This document shows, one piece after another, positions 13,025-27,049 of a DNA stretch of 64,000 nucleotides (position 1 is the first letter of the stretch; the number at the start of each line of letters is the position of its first letter). This DNA comes from Octopus vulgaris (lineage: Eukaryota). Position numbers and translations under genes: made by a program. Under the pieces are notes generated by a model, which searched no databases, had not been told where the DNA came from, and saw only the letters and a program-made list of their open reading frames with translations. Location: assembly GCA_951406725.2 (NCBI GenBank), contig OX597827.1, positions 8,308,001 to 8,372,000 of the forward strand. Direction: 5' to 3'.

Positions 13025-14629
13025 ATATATATGTATATATACATATATACCTATGTGTGTATATATGTGTGTGTATGTGTTTCCTTGTTTAAGAATAATA
13101 AATATTTAATTTACAAATGTATACAGTAAACCATTAGATTCATGTAAAATAGTTTTTATTACAACATAAAACCATTTATATATGTAAACATTTATACAAA
13201 TGTGTGTTTGTGTGTGTGTGTATGTGTATCTATACACACACACACACACACACACACACATAATATATCCATTTCCATACTTATGTATCTTGATATATTC
13301 TACTATATAAATGCAAGTGTAAGTGGTTATGTATGTGTGTTTATGCCACAATATTACAGATTTGTTTGTCAGTTGCTTGACCCTAACCAGTTAGCATGTC
13401 CTTTAATGGCTAATAGTATGTGCATTTCTGATCATGAGCAGGAGCTATTGGGGAGCATCATAGCCATGTTTGAGAGGGATTCTTTGGAGTTTGAATAATT
13501 CACCTTTGGAAACATAGTTGTTTCATACATCGTCCTTCAACAGTCGTTATTCTTTTTGAATAGGATGGGCTACTCAACCTGAAGAAAATTCTCACCGGAA
13601 TACCCTGACGTGCCTAGAATACCCTGATCTGAGAGTCAGTCATGATGGGTATATTGGGCTTCATATATCTGTACCCCAGCATCACTTGGTGGTGTGTGCT
13701 GCTTCTTAACTCTATAATAATGATAATAATTATTTAAAATTTTGGTGCACAGCCAGTAATTTGGGGGTAATGGTAAGTCGATTACAGCAGTAAGGAACTA
13801 GAAGAAACCACACACACACCTATATATATACATACACACACACATATATATATATATATACACACACACACCCCTTCATGGTTTTTAGGCCCTCAACTTG
13901 TGATATATTAATTCAGGTGTCATTATGATATATTGCCAGTCTTGGGCAATTTCTAAACCTTACGGAACCCATCTTTCTCCAGGTCTAAACACAACAGATT
14001 TGTTCCAGTGGGAAAGTGAGAAAGAAAATGAAAAACTGAATGGGGAATCAGCATCATTACCAAACCAGTACTTTATTTATCGACCTCTTGCATGATGAGA
14101 AACAAAGTACCCTTCAGTGTAATTTGAACCCAGAGTAGAGGGAGCTTAAAAAATGGCTACAAAATATTCTCTTCAAAACTTGATTGGCCATGCCATTTTG
14201 CTATACAGGAATGTGATCATATACACTAACATGCATACACACACGTGTATAAACACACATGCACATATATATACACATACATATATGTATACACACACAG
14301 GGGTTCACACACACAGAGAAAATAAAACATAAGAAATTGTCTACAAATTGTCTTGTGTTTCGTTTTCTCTATGTACTCTATGACATATCCAACTGCGGAT
14401 TTCTACTGAATGACACGAGGACAATAATGGAAATGGAAATATGTAATTTAAGCTTTAAATCACACTTTAGAAAAACTATACATATATCTATATAAATGTG
14501 TGATGTGTGTTGATTTGTATATATACATACATATATGTATATAAATGTGTGATGTGTGTTGATTTGTATATATACATACATATATGTATATATATGTGTG
14601 TGTACGTATGTATATATATATATATATAC

Positions 14630-14715
<86 letters not shown>

Positions 14716-15037
14716 ACTATAAATATATGTATATATATTATATTAAATTATGTATATATATGTATATATAACTTGTATGTATGCATATATTTATATATGT
14801 ATTTCTATAAAGATGTGCATTTAGGTATTCAACACGAGATAATTCTAAGCTCTTTAACTGTAATATTTGTCGTAGTTAAGATTTAAACGATACAAAAATA
14901 AGCAAACAGAAAATACCATGAAAAAAAACCTGTGATAGATTTGAATAGGAATTAATCAGCACACCTATAGCAGGCTGTGCAAGAACATTAACTCTTTTGC
15001 TACAAACAGTCATCATTGCTTTTGAGTTAGGCTTGCA

Positions 15038-15067
<30 letters not shown>

Positions 15068-15077
<10 letters not shown>

Positions 15078-15295
15078 TATTAGAGACAAAACCACTATTT
15101 TGCAAAACAAACAAGGAAAGACTTAATCAATACATTTATTAAAATTTTATGTATTGATTAAGTCTTTCCTTGTTTGTTTTGCAAAATAGTGGTTTTGTCT
15201 CTAATAATATTTTATAATATTTTACTATAAAATTGGATTTAATCCTAAATCTGATTTTTTTCCCTGTAAATTTGGATTTATTCCCTAATATTTAT

Positions 15296-15300
<5 letters not shown>
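15068..15300. mobile_element. Asymmetric fold-back element in (TA)n (about 68-bp perfect arms plus about 85-bp tail), copy 1
   Basis: Arms 15068-15135 and 15149-15216 are reverse complements; homologous copy at 51101-51376. Confidence 0.8.
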
Positions 15301-15331
<31 letters not shown>

Positions 15332-15525
15332 GTTTCTAATATACAAGGCAAAGATTTATATTAAAAGATGATGGGCTCTCAAATTTAATGACTGCTCAGC
15401 AGGTAAATACACTGGATTGAGAATCTTACAATTTCAATTTCTGAATTGTAAGTAATTAATATATTGTCTTTTATATGTCATGTGAAACCTAAGACATATT
15501 TCCAACATACTTACGCATATGCATG

Positions 15526-15585
<60 letters not shown>

Positions 15586-15704
15586 CATACACACACATCC
15601 CTAAATATATATATACATCCATATATACATACAAACATACATATATATACATATATATATACATACAAACATACATATATACACATATATATATACATAC
15701 ATAC

Positions 15705-15751
<47 letters not shown>

Positions 15752-15796
15752 ATATAAATAATAAATTTTATATATATATACATACATACATATATT

Positions 15797-15828
<32 letters not shown>

Positions 15829-16248
15829 AATAATAAATTTTATATATACATATATATATATATACATACATATACACACACACACATATATATATATACA
15901 TATATATGGGTGTGTTTGTGTGTGTATATGTATTTATGTATGTATGTATGTATGTATGTATGTATGTATGTATGTATGTATGTATGCAGTGAGAGATAGA
16001 TTTATGGTATCATGCAATAAACCTGTCAATGTAAGTCTAACACTTAATATTCTTGTTCAATATTTTTGGCAAATTTATTTAAGATATGATTTATAATCAA
16101 AATGAAATTCCAACTGTGACATACAATAAGAATATAAATAATAGGTATCAAAAATATCTAGGAATTTTTTTCCTTCTATTTTGTGCAGTGAAAAAACTGT
16201 TCACTCTTTTGCTCTCAAGATAAGCTTCAACGTCCAGTTAGTTCAGGG

Positions 16249-16524
16249 CAGTGGTTCTTAAATATGGGCCTATATTACCCTTAGGGATCAATATAACATT
16301 TTGTTGTAAAAATTTGTGTGTAACAAATAGGTTACACTTCTACAACACAAAATATTTTAGCAATTTTTTTATACAAAAAAAAATTTTATACAATATTTTA
16401 TGCAATTTTTTATACAATGTTTAGTTATAAAACATATAATAGGATTTTTTAAACATAAAATGGTTATGAGTGCCCATCTGAGTAAAATAGGGGTTCATAG
16501 ACAAAGAATGATTGAGAACCACTG
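16249..16524. mobile_element. hAT (Charlie/MER5-like) MITE
   Basis: TIRs cagtggttctta / ttgagaaccactg; 8-bp TSD gttcaggg / gtttaggg (7 of 8 match). Confidence 0.85.
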
Positions 16525-16854
16525 GTTTAGGGACATTGTGTATCTCTCTAGCTTCTCATACCACTCTTTGTCATTTTCTCGCTTCCTCTCATGTACACAC
16601 GTTTCCTCTAATAAGGAATTTCTCAACCTGGGAAATAATTTGGGTTGCCAGATTGAGACACAGGTAGTAAATCACATTACCTGGCAAGACTGACATGCTT
16701 CTTTTCAGGACTGCACCCTATAATTTTTTTTTAAACTAGGCTACTTGAAAGTTAAAGATTATAATTTTTTTAGCAAATAAATCTATTGAATATCATACTA
16801 AGTTATTAACTAAGATAATTAGAACTGACCAACAGGCAACACTTTTACATACCT

Positions 16855-17290
16855 TTTTGTTCTTTTACTTGCTTCAGTCATTCGACTGCAGCCATGCTGG
16901 GGGACCACTTTGAAGGGTTTTAGTTGAACAAATCAACCCCAAGACTTATTTTTTTCACCAAGAACTTATTCTTTTGCCAAACCAATAAGTTATGGGGATG
17001 TAAGTACTCCAACACTAGTTTTCAAGTGTTAATGGTGGTGGGGAGACACGGACACAAAGACACACACACATAGATACATACATGCATACATATACATACA
17101 TATATGTGTGTGTGTGTATCTGTATATACGATGGGCTTCTTTCAATTTCCATCTTCTGAATCCACTCACAAGGACTTTGTTGGCCCAAGGCTGTAGGAGA
17201 AGACACTTGCCTAAGATGCCATGCAGTGGAACTGAACCTGGAACCATGTGATCGAGAAGCAAGCTTCTTACCACACAACCACACCTGCAT
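16855..17290 (-). mobile_element. Diverged SINE family C
   Basis: Colinear with the family C reverse complement. Confidence 0.8.
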
Positions 17291-17397
17291 CTATATACAT
17301 ATATATATCTGTGTGTATGTGTGTATGTATGTATGTATGTATGTATGTATGTATGTATGTATGTATGTATGTATGTATGTATATGTATGTATGTATG

Positions 17398-17427
<30 letters not shown>

Positions 17428-17428
<1 letters not shown>

Positions 17429-17610
17429 CATCATCATCATCGTTTAACATCCACTTTCTATGCTAGCATGGGTTGAATGATTTGACTGGGGACTGGCAAA
17501 CCAGATGGCTGTGCACCAGGCTCCAATCTGATCTGGCAGAGTTTCTACAGCTGGATGCCCTTCTTAACGCCAACCACTCTGAGAGTGTAGGCAACCACTC
17601 CGAGAGTGTA
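17428..17610 (-). mobile_element. Family A 3' fragment
   Basis: (CAT)n tail plus gctagcatgggttg...caaccactctgagagtgta; the last ~20 bp are tandemly duplicated. Confidence 0.8.
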
Positions 17611-17770
17611 TAAATATATATGTATATACATACACACACTCACATACACACATACATAAATAAATGATACATTGATATGTACAAAAAACATATGTACATG
17701 CACATTTATATATTTAAATATGCAAATATATACCATATACATGCACAACTATATACATACATGTGTATGC

Positions 17771-17819
<49 letters not shown>

Positions 17820-18390
17820 TATGTATATGTATATGTATTTTATTTAAGGTGCACTCCTTCTTGTTGACTCTATCTTATTCAATTATGTATAAATGTATGC
17901 GTATATATAAATATAATACACACACACACACATGCACACACATACTTACAAAGGGGATTTATAGATTGATTTTCATTCTGGGTAACTTTCTAATGCAATT
18001 TACTTTTTAAAAATTTTGCACTGGTTTTTATGGAAATAATACTGCAACCCAGCAGTTGTCCCTTTACCTGAGGGTACTATGCAAACTGAAGAGGATACTT
18101 ATATTTATTCGCTAATTGATTTCATTTATTCACTACCATGAATAAATTATAATGAAAATGATCTTTGATAATAGCAATCCACTTTCTGTTTATGGAACAA
18201 TAACTGATGTCACTTTGATTAGCATCTGTAGGATAATTTCTTTTATTTCAACCATGCAGTGGCCAACTTGTTTGCTTTTGTGTTATTTTGTTCACTTTTG
18301 CCTTGTTGCTAAATTAATTTTTCTACTGTTGCTGAATTATTTTTGTATGTTACTGTTCATTTTTATACTGTTGTTTAAGATGGGAAGGTG

Positions 18391-18425
<35 letters not shown>

Positions 18426-19142
18426 ATGTTCTTATCTCTTCTTTATTGTAAAATTGCTTACAATCTTTTTGCTAAAAGTTTAACAAAAATAAAGCAAAAT
18501 TGAAAGACAATAACACAAAAACTAATTTTTAATTGCATCAGAAAACATCTCTGATGACAAACAAGCTGAACACAGAACATTTAAAATACTGAATTCTTCT
18601 GCGACTATTAACCAATGTGATATCAGCTACAGTTTGTCAAAAGTAAAGGAGGTACGCTATTATCAAAGATTGCCATAACAAGCTTTCTTGTTAATTAAAT
18701 ACTCAGTGTAAGAACTAATTAAAACTAATTAAAAATTATTGAAGATTAGGATTTTATTGACCAGCAACTGTATTTTATAATACTTTCAGTCTCATAATAA
18801 ATTCAATGCCATCATAAACTAAATTAGCGAGTAATATATTATTTAAATCTGTATCAGAATAAGTAATCTTCCTCAAAGAGATTAAAATGATTGATGATAG
18901 AATATATATTTTATAATGGCAAGTGTAAAGTTCATTGTAAAGTTAATATCATAGACCTTAAGAATAAAAATGGAGGAAACAAAAGTGTTTTCTATTGATT
19001 ATTCAAATTCATTAATGGTTTCATTATTCAATACCTTCATTTAATAGTGGACCAATTAATAGAAACTCCTTAATTATTTTTAATCATCCTTTTAAATTCA
19101 AATAAAATATCAGTAAATATTAAAGAACAAATGTATTGAATA

Positions 19143-19360
19143 ATCCTTCCAGTTATAGGCACAAGCCTGGAATTTTGTTGGAGGGGGTGTGCTCATTAAT
19201 TTGTTTGACCCCAGGGTTCAACTGGTACTCATTCTATCAATCCTTAAAGAACGAAAGACAAAGTCAACCATAGTGGAGTTTGAACTCAGAATGTAATAGC
19301 AGAAGAAATGCTGCTAGGCATTTTACCCAGCATGTTAATTATTCTGCCTACTTCCCACCT
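19143..19360 (-). mobile_element. Old SINE B-related copy (others at 21294-21490, 21508-21628 and 23470-23618)
   Basis: aggcacaag...actggtact...gaaagacaaagtcaacc...tttgaactcagaa. Confidence 0.65.
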
Positions 19361-19606
19361 TATTGTCTTTGAATAATAAAATTAATATGAGCACTTACCA
19401 CTCTCTAAATAAGTCTGCTAATTTGTAAGTAATCAAAAATGGCTTTCACTTTGTACATGTCAGTTCTTAAGGCCTACCTGAAAATTCACTTGATTTGATG
19501 ATAGAAACAATTATTTATATCTGAATCAGTATAAAGAAAACATTCTTCAATGTATGTCATTCAGTAAATCAGTTGAAGTGAAGAGTTTTTTTTTTATTAG
19601 CACTGA

Positions 19607-19932
19607 GTGACCCCCTTCGGTCAGACACTGACCATGAGTTTGCACCTAGAGAGTTACTCTCTGAGGCACAAGTCTGGGCAAGGTTGGTTCATGGAAGACC
19701 AGCAGTCGCCCATGCATACCGGCCTCCCCTCTCCACATCACCGATGTTGTCCAAGGGAAAGGCAAGGACCGATACAGCTTGGCACCTGTGACGTCGCAAC
19801 TCATTTCTACAGCTGAGTGAACTGGAGCAACGTGAAATAAAGTGTCTTGCTCAAGAACACAACACGCAGCCCGGTCCGGGATTCGAGCTCACAACCTCAT
19901 GATCATAAGCTCGACGCTCTAACCACTGAGCT
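19607..19932 (-). mobile_element. SINE family E (tRNA-like head, CORE-like domain)
   Basis: Minus strand gctcagtggttagagcgtcg...tcgaatccc (A and B boxes), then gtgttcttgagcaagacactttatttcac; partial second copy at 63308-63419. Confidence 0.8.
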
Positions 19933-20029
19933 ACTAGTTCTTTAATAAGAGGAAAGTTGTTTCTTTTATTGTAAATATTTATATTGTCCTAAAATGATGC
20001 TGAGTAGAAATGTGTTATCAACGTGCATA

Positions 20030-21203
20030 TAACTATTTAAAATACGGAATCATTCTAAACATTAACAGTGAACAGTTATCAATGTGTTTACACTCTAAAA
20101 GATAAAAATTTTTAAGCGACAGTCAAAAAAATGTTACCTTCAAGAATGATTGATCATTTGAAAACAATTAATCTCAATAAAGGAAACAAACTATGCCAGT
20201 TCCTCAACTTAAAAATTAAATGAATTTAAAAACTGATTTAATGAGTTGATTGTAAAACAAAGTAGCCAATTGGAGAAACAATTAGTTGCATCTTACAAAT
20301 ATTGCAAAATTAATCACCAAATCTGAAAAAAAAATTACATATCACTGGTGCAACACTCATCTTGTCAGACACAGATAAAGTTATAGAAGCTATATGCCCT
20401 GTAGGACATAATGTGAAGTTACTAATTCCTCTCGGTAGTAGTTTGGAATCAACAAGAATTGACAAAATGACCAATGACATTGAACACAGCATTTGTGGTA
20501 ATTTGGATACTACAGAGTTTTTGCTACAAATGTTGAACAACTGTCTGACAATAAATTTTATTATTGGTCTGAATGCATTATTTAAATACTAATAAAGAAC
20601 TTATAGAAGAGTTCCTATTTATGAAACAATTGAAAGCTGATACAAAGATTCTAGAATTTATAGAATATTTGAGCACCATCTTTAGAACTGAAAATATTCC
20701 TCTCACAAATGTTATTACCTGTATAAGTAATAGAGTACCATGGACTTATGACACATCTAATAGAAGGAGCCGCAAGTATTTTCATGATTCTCTGTATTAC
20801 CATTGGCAATACTTAACTGCAAAACATCTGAGCAATAGACTACATAAAACTTTGCACAGACAGTTCCTCCTTAAAAATTGATGCAAACCTGCAGGTAACA
20901 ACCTCTGGTTTCATGCGGAAAAGAAAAAGCAGACTATTTTAAACCTCCCATTAAAATTTTATATAAGAGAACATCGATGACTGAAACAAGTAAAAATATA
21001 AAAAAATAATTTATATTCCTGACACTAACGTATCAATGAAAAATTAGTTTACATAAAGTTACTTGAAATTCATGAAGATATTTTGCTACTGCCCCTGCCA
21101 CTTCTCCTCTTCAAGCTTTCTGTCATACTGTAACATCTGTCACTCACCCTAGAATGCTGGGTGCCTTGGCAAGTGATTGTAACAAACATGCAGATTAAAA
21201 GTA

Positions 21204-21247
<44 letters not shown>

Positions 21248-22458
21248 TGATGATGATGATGATGATGATAATAATAATAATAATAATAATAATCCTTTCT
21301 GCTATAGGCACAAGGCCTGAAATTTTGGGGGAGGAGTAAGTCAATTACATCGACCTCAGTACATAACTGGTACTTATTTAGTCAACCCTGAAAGAATGAA
21401 AGGCAAAGTCGATCCTGGTGAAATTTGAACTCAGAACATAGTGATGGATGAAATACTGTGTGCTAATGATTCTGCCAACTTGCTGCCTTCATAATAATAA
21501 TAATGATCTTATCTACTATAGGCACAAGGCCTGAAATTTTGGTGGGAGGGGACTAGTCAATTACATTGACCCCCAGTGCGTAACTGGTATTAATCTTATT
21601 GACCTGACCCAGAAAAGATGAAAGGCATAGTAATTCGATATTAGATACAGATCTACACTGCTATTATTTCTATCTTCAGGTATTGAAAGGTGATTTGATA
21701 ACTGAAACGAAAGAGATTGGTGAACTGAAAATACCCAAAGGGAGTCATAATCCATTTCCTTCAAATGCAGTTTTGCTCACCATGGACTACTTGAAGAACT
21801 GAATGACTTAACAAAATAATTTTGAAATTCAGATACAGCTTCAGTAAAGAGAGTATAAAGCATTGTTGCCCAAGATTCCAAAAAAATAGCCGAAATTTTT
21901 GTATGAAATAAAAGTGCTGATCATAGCTATGTTTTCCTTCTTTCGTTTTACTGTTTACGCTTGGTCAAGATGATTCAGAAATGCATTGCAATTGTTAACC
22001 AAATAGTTACAGAGAAGTAGATTGCAAATAAGTGAAAGAACAGACTCGAGACTTCATTTGTCAAACATTGATCCTGATAATGAAAAATTAGCAAATTATT
22101 TTCTGGCTCAGGGTAAACATTAAATTAAATAGATTTAATAATTGTTTTCGCATTTCTTTTTTTTTTTTTTATGAAATGCATTAAGTTTACACAATTTTGG
22201 CTTTGTAGTAATCAAGTTTGTTTGTATTCATTATTTAAAAATAAATTAGAATCAAAGCTACTAATTTTTTAATTACCTATGAGTGATAACAAGTAGATAA
22301 TAATGACTTTCAACTTGCATAATAATCCAGTTTAGTTCTATAATTAGAGTCATTAACTGCTGTCGTTTTTATAAAGGAGAAGTGAGGGACATTAGCTTCT
22401 ACAAATATTTGAAAGGGAGATGGGTGAGAGGGTGAACAAAAGCAGTTAAGAGCCACTG
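20030..22458 (+). mobile_element. Decayed hAT (Charlie/Buster-like) transposase element with SINE and microsatellite insertions
   Basis: Frameshifted segments LVASY..IAK, IPLGSSLESTRIDKMTNDIE, EEFLFMKQL, ENIPLTNV and C-terminal RLHLSNIDPDNEKLA...AQGKH*; TIR-like ttaagagccactg ends at 22458; left end not resolved. Confidence 0.7.
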
Positions 22459-22600
22459 TTCCACAGTAATACTATCCATCAGCATACTCTTTGCTCTCAC
22501 ACTTTGTTTTCATTTTATTTGATGAAGTATTCTATTATATACAAGTATGAATGTATGTATGTGTGCATATGTGTTTGCATGCACAAGCACATAGATGTGT

Positions 22601-22632
<32 letters not shown>

Positions 22633-22729
22633 GTACACACATATCCACTTAATTCTGCATGCATGCTTAAATCTATGTATGATTATAATGTTTATACATA
22701 TATACTTGCAAGCATACACAATGCACACA

Positions 22730-22770
<41 letters not shown>

Positions 22771-22789
22771 CACCTATATATATATATCA

Positions 22790-22936
22790 GCATCATCATC
22801 ATCATCGTTTAAAGTCCGTTCTCCATGCTAGCATGGGTTGGACGGTTCGACCGGGGATCTGGGAAGCCAGAAGGCTGCACCAGGCTCCGGTCTTATCTGG
22901 CAATGTTTCTACAGCTGGATGCCCTTCCTAACGCCT
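22790..22936 (-). mobile_element. Family A 3' fragment
   Basis: (CAT)n plus ccatgctagcatgggttggacgg...gcccttcctaacgcc. Confidence 0.8.
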
Positions 22937-23085
22937 TATATATATATATATATAAGTTCAGCAAAATTTAGATTCAGATGAATATGGCACTTAAGTTGGA
23001 GGCACCAGAATATTGTATGGTATTATCCATATAAATCAAATGGGGTGATTATAATCAAAATAAGCAACAAGTATATCCAAGGTAG

Positions 23086-23173
23086 AGTAGTACAATTGTT
23101 TCCTGTTACTTCATTTTATTAAACACTGTAAGTATTACAACAGTTTTAAAATGTCGAGCAATCTTCAGCCACT
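23086..23173 (-). ncRNA. Hammerhead-like motif (C3-G8, long stem II) in a (TA)n-embedded element 22957-23275
   Basis: Minus strand AGTGG-CTGAAGA-TTGCT...AGTAA-cag-GAAA-CAATTG-TA-CTACT; helix I 5 bp; palindromic helix III; 3 extra nt before GAAA. Confidence 0.5.
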
Positions 23174-23268
23174 TATAGAATTTTCCAATTAAACGGACAA
23201 TGCACATTCTTATCCCTATTTCATTTGCCAACATTATAAAGAGGGTAGATGTATAGACAGAGAGGTTA

Positions 23269-23323
<55 letters not shown>

Positions 23324-23619
23324 TGCATACATGCATACATACATACATACATACATATATACATACATATACATACATATATATGCATTTATACAGATTT
23401 ATATATTCAATTACATATACAAGTGTGTGAGTGTGTGCGTATTTTTTATATATTGGCATGTATATAATATTGGTTTCAAATTTTGGCACAAGGTCCCCAA
23501 TTTCGGGGCAGAGGGTAGGTATATTACACCAAACCAACTGCCCAACTGGTACTTATTTTATCGACCCCGAAAGAATGTAAGACAAAATTAACCATGGCAG
23601 AATTTGAACTCAGAACATA

Positions 23620-24017
23620 AAAACATATGTGTAAAAAGCTTCTATGCAAAAAAAAAAAAAAACTCAAGACTTCTATGCAAAAAACTACATGTCCATCTAC
23701 GAGTGCTTGTGAATTGGCAGCTGGAACTAAAAGTGATGGTGTGCATGAGTCTAGTGTAAGTGAAAGTAATTCAGAAAACGATTATGATAATAGTATATTT
23801 TATTATAAATGATCTTGACATTCTTTTTACATTACACAAAATATTCTTTATATTCTACTGTTGTTTTATTGTCATTTATTTACTAGTATTATTTTTCTGG
23901 GAACGAATTACATTTAATAACATTGCTACTATGGGAAATTATTGCTCTGCTTTATGAACTTTTGCTTTACGAGTAGTCTCTGGAAACAAATTAACTTGTA
24001 TATCGAGGCATTATTGT
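23620..24017 (+). mobile_element. Possible Tigger/pogo-like 3' end
   Basis: ggaacgaattac...tatcgaggcattattgta resembles pogo-type terminal sequence; no partner TIR found. Confidence 0.35.
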
Positions 24018-24344
24018 ACTAGAATGCATTTTGTCAAAAGCTTTAATGATTCTGCCAAATGCTTGACATATGATTAACTAAGATTATCCATGTAATTAGC
24101 ATGTTTAGCACACAAGAATAAGCCTGGAGATGACTCCTTGCTTGTTCAACTAATCAAAATTTTTAGAAAAATGAAGTCGATGTAGCTGGATACCAGCTTT
24201 TGTTTCAATGTAGTAAATTATGGGCAATCAACAAATATTTCTTCAGATTCAAGAGAAAAATGCAAAGTAAATATGCACCATTTAAGTAATTAAGTATGCA
24301 AAAATTACCTGCAAAGTAAAAAGGAATAATATATATATTATCCA

Positions 24345-24822
24345 AGCATGATCGTTGCCAGAGCAGCTATCTGGCCTCCGTGCCGGTGGGACATAAAAGG
24401 CACCATTTGAGCGTGATCGTTACCAGCATCACCTTACTGGCACCCATGCCGGTGGCATGTGTAAAAAAGAATCGAGCAAAGCCATTGCCAGTGCCACCTG
24501 ACTGGCCCCGTGCTGGTGGCACGTAAAAGCACCCACTACACTCTCAGAGGGGTTGGCGTTAGGAAGGCATCCAGCTGTAGAAACTCTGCCAAATCAAGCT
24601 GGCAGAAACGTTAGCACACTGGGCAAAATGATTAGTGGTATTTTGTCTGCCATTATGTTCTGAGCCCGAATTCCGCCGAAGTTAACTTTACCTTTCATCC
24701 TTTCGGGGTCGATAAATTAAGTACCAGTTACGCACTAGGGTCTATGGAATCGACTTAATCCCTTTGTCTGTCCTTGTTTGTCTCCCTCTATGTTTAGCCC
24801 CTTGTGGGCAATAAAGAAATAA
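24345..24822 (+). mobile_element. Family A fragment (24345-24597) fused to 5'-truncated SINE B (24598-24822)
   Basis: Junction ...ctgccaaatcaa|gctggcagaaacgttagc. Confidence 0.8.
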
Positions 24823-25063
24823 GATGTGATATTTATGTCTGCAGATACAGATGTCATTGTTATTTGTGAATTTATATGTTTTGACTTATGTACGTTTACA
24901 TAAATATAGATTTACTCATTCACACCTGAGCATGAGTATGTATTACATGTTACACTTCAGTAATATTTTACATAATTACACAATACCTTTAATGACTAGA
25001 AGCTAATTAGCTGTATTCTTTCTGGTTTTGAGAAACCCTTATTCTTATGATTGTTGCTGTGTC

Positions 25064-25102
<39 letters not shown>

Positions 25103-25290
25103 AAGTCTGTCTGTCTGATTGTCTGTCTGTATGTATGTTTGTATGTATGGATACATTGTATATCTATGAATATAAAAACTGTATATATACACATGCATAT
25201 AGATAGATAGATATAGATAGATAGATAGTTAGATAGATAAATAAATAAATAGATAGATAGATACGTATGTATGTATAACACACACATACG

Positions 25291-25369
<79 letters not shown>

Positions 25370-25443
25370 GAGTGCGTAAACACTCTCGCATCTGTTCACA
25401 TATATTTAAATACCATGTTTGCCTACTTAGATATAATTAAAAT

Positions 25444-25488
<45 letters not shown>

Positions 25489-26164
25489 TTAAATCATTTC
25501 TTGAACATATTTGGTATATTAAGAAACAAAGAAGAAAATCAGAAAAAAAAAAAAGGGTGCAAAACAACTCTGCTATTTTCTTGGCTGCATCTCCACAGAA
25601 ATATGTGCTTGACATAATTTAGAAGAATGTTGATAATAACATTATTTCCTAAATTTATTCTGATAACAATTTCAAATTGTAATTATTGCAGTGTTTATCT
25701 TACCACATTATACCTGCTTGTTTCTCAATGTCGATTCCTCAGTGTTGTTATTGCTACCTTCAGAGGTTTTTTTTTTTATTCTGTTAGACTTTTATTCTTT
25801 TACCAGTTTCAATCATTGGACTACATCCTAAATCATGCTGGGCCAGGCAATAAAGACTCTTGTTGATTAATTTCAACTCTACCACTTAATTCAGTCAGAT
25901 ATTTATCTTTTATCTCTTATCTTGTTTCAGTCATTAAACTGCAGCCATGCTGGGGCACTTGAGGAATTTATAGTCGAATGTATTGACTCCAGACTTTTTT
26001 TTTGTCTGCTTCTAAAGTCTGGTACTTATTCTATTGGTGTCTTTTGCTAAACTGCTATGTTATGGGAACATAAACACACCAACACCGGTAGTCAAGTGGT
26101 GGTGGTGGTGGAATAAACACAGACACAAAGACACACTCACATAAATATATATACATACATATAT

Positions 26165-26370
26165 GTGACCGTGTGTGTACCGTTGGCGATTTTTTTTCCT
26201 CTATCTTCCCTTCTCGGGATCTTACCTTCTCCTATGTTTCCAACGAAGAGCTCCGCTCGAAACGTTAAACCCTCCTTCTTTCCTTCTTTCCTGAGCGTCC
26301 AATAATACTATATTTGTTCCACGTCCTCCGTTGTTGTGTTTTTTTGTGCTTTCTTGTTTGGATTAACTAT
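26165..26370 (+). mobile_element. (TA)n-associated Penelope-like terminal fragment with degenerate minimal hammerhead (26236-26270); more decayed copy at 26810-27002
   Basis: GTTT-CCAACGA-A-GAGC tcc GCTC-GAAA-CG-T-T-AAAC; both copies end tttggattaactatat-like. Confidence 0.6.
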
Positions 26371-26570
26371 ATGTATATTAGAAGGTTTGGAGGTGATGTG
26401 CAGATATTATATATTAGAAAAAATAAGATATTCAGAAATCTGGATGGCTGTACATATACAAACATATATTAACAAGTCATGTTCTTACAAATCACATATT
26501 TTCATCTACTCTAATAGAATCTTCAGATTTAAATTGTGTGAATTATGTATATATATATATATATGTGTGT

Positions 26571-26777
26571 GTGGAGGCGCAATGGCCCAGTGGTTAGGGC
26601 AGCGAACTCGCGGTCGTAGGATCGCGGTTTCGATTCCCAGACTGGGCGTTGTGAGTGTTTATTGAGCGAAAACACCTAAAAGCTCCACGAGGCTCCGGGG
26701 TGGCGTCATTCGAAGGCTAAAACAATGCAAACGCATTGTGAACAGCGATGTGTAATTACATCTGATGGACTGGTCGG
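26571..26777 (+). mobile_element. SINE family D with internal deletion
   Basis: Matches 57458-57765 except for about 90 bp missing after gaggctccgg. Confidence 0.85.
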
Positions 26778-26997
26778 AAAAAAAAAAATATATATATATA
26801 TATGTAAACCACGTGTGAATCATTGGTGATTTTCTTCCTCCGTCTTCCCTTCTTTTGGACTTTCCTCTATTTGTGAAGAAGAGCTTTGCCCCAAATGTTA
26901 AATCCTCTTTCTTTCCTATCCTGAGTGTCTGATAATATATTACTTGTACTACGTCCTCAAGTTGTTGTTTTTTCATATTTGCTCTCTTTAATTGGAT

Positions 26998-27049
<52 letters not shown>

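Noticed and set aside
13368-13715. Probable old interspersed repeat
   Set aside because: Single copy in the window with no diagnostic termini, so it cannot be classified.
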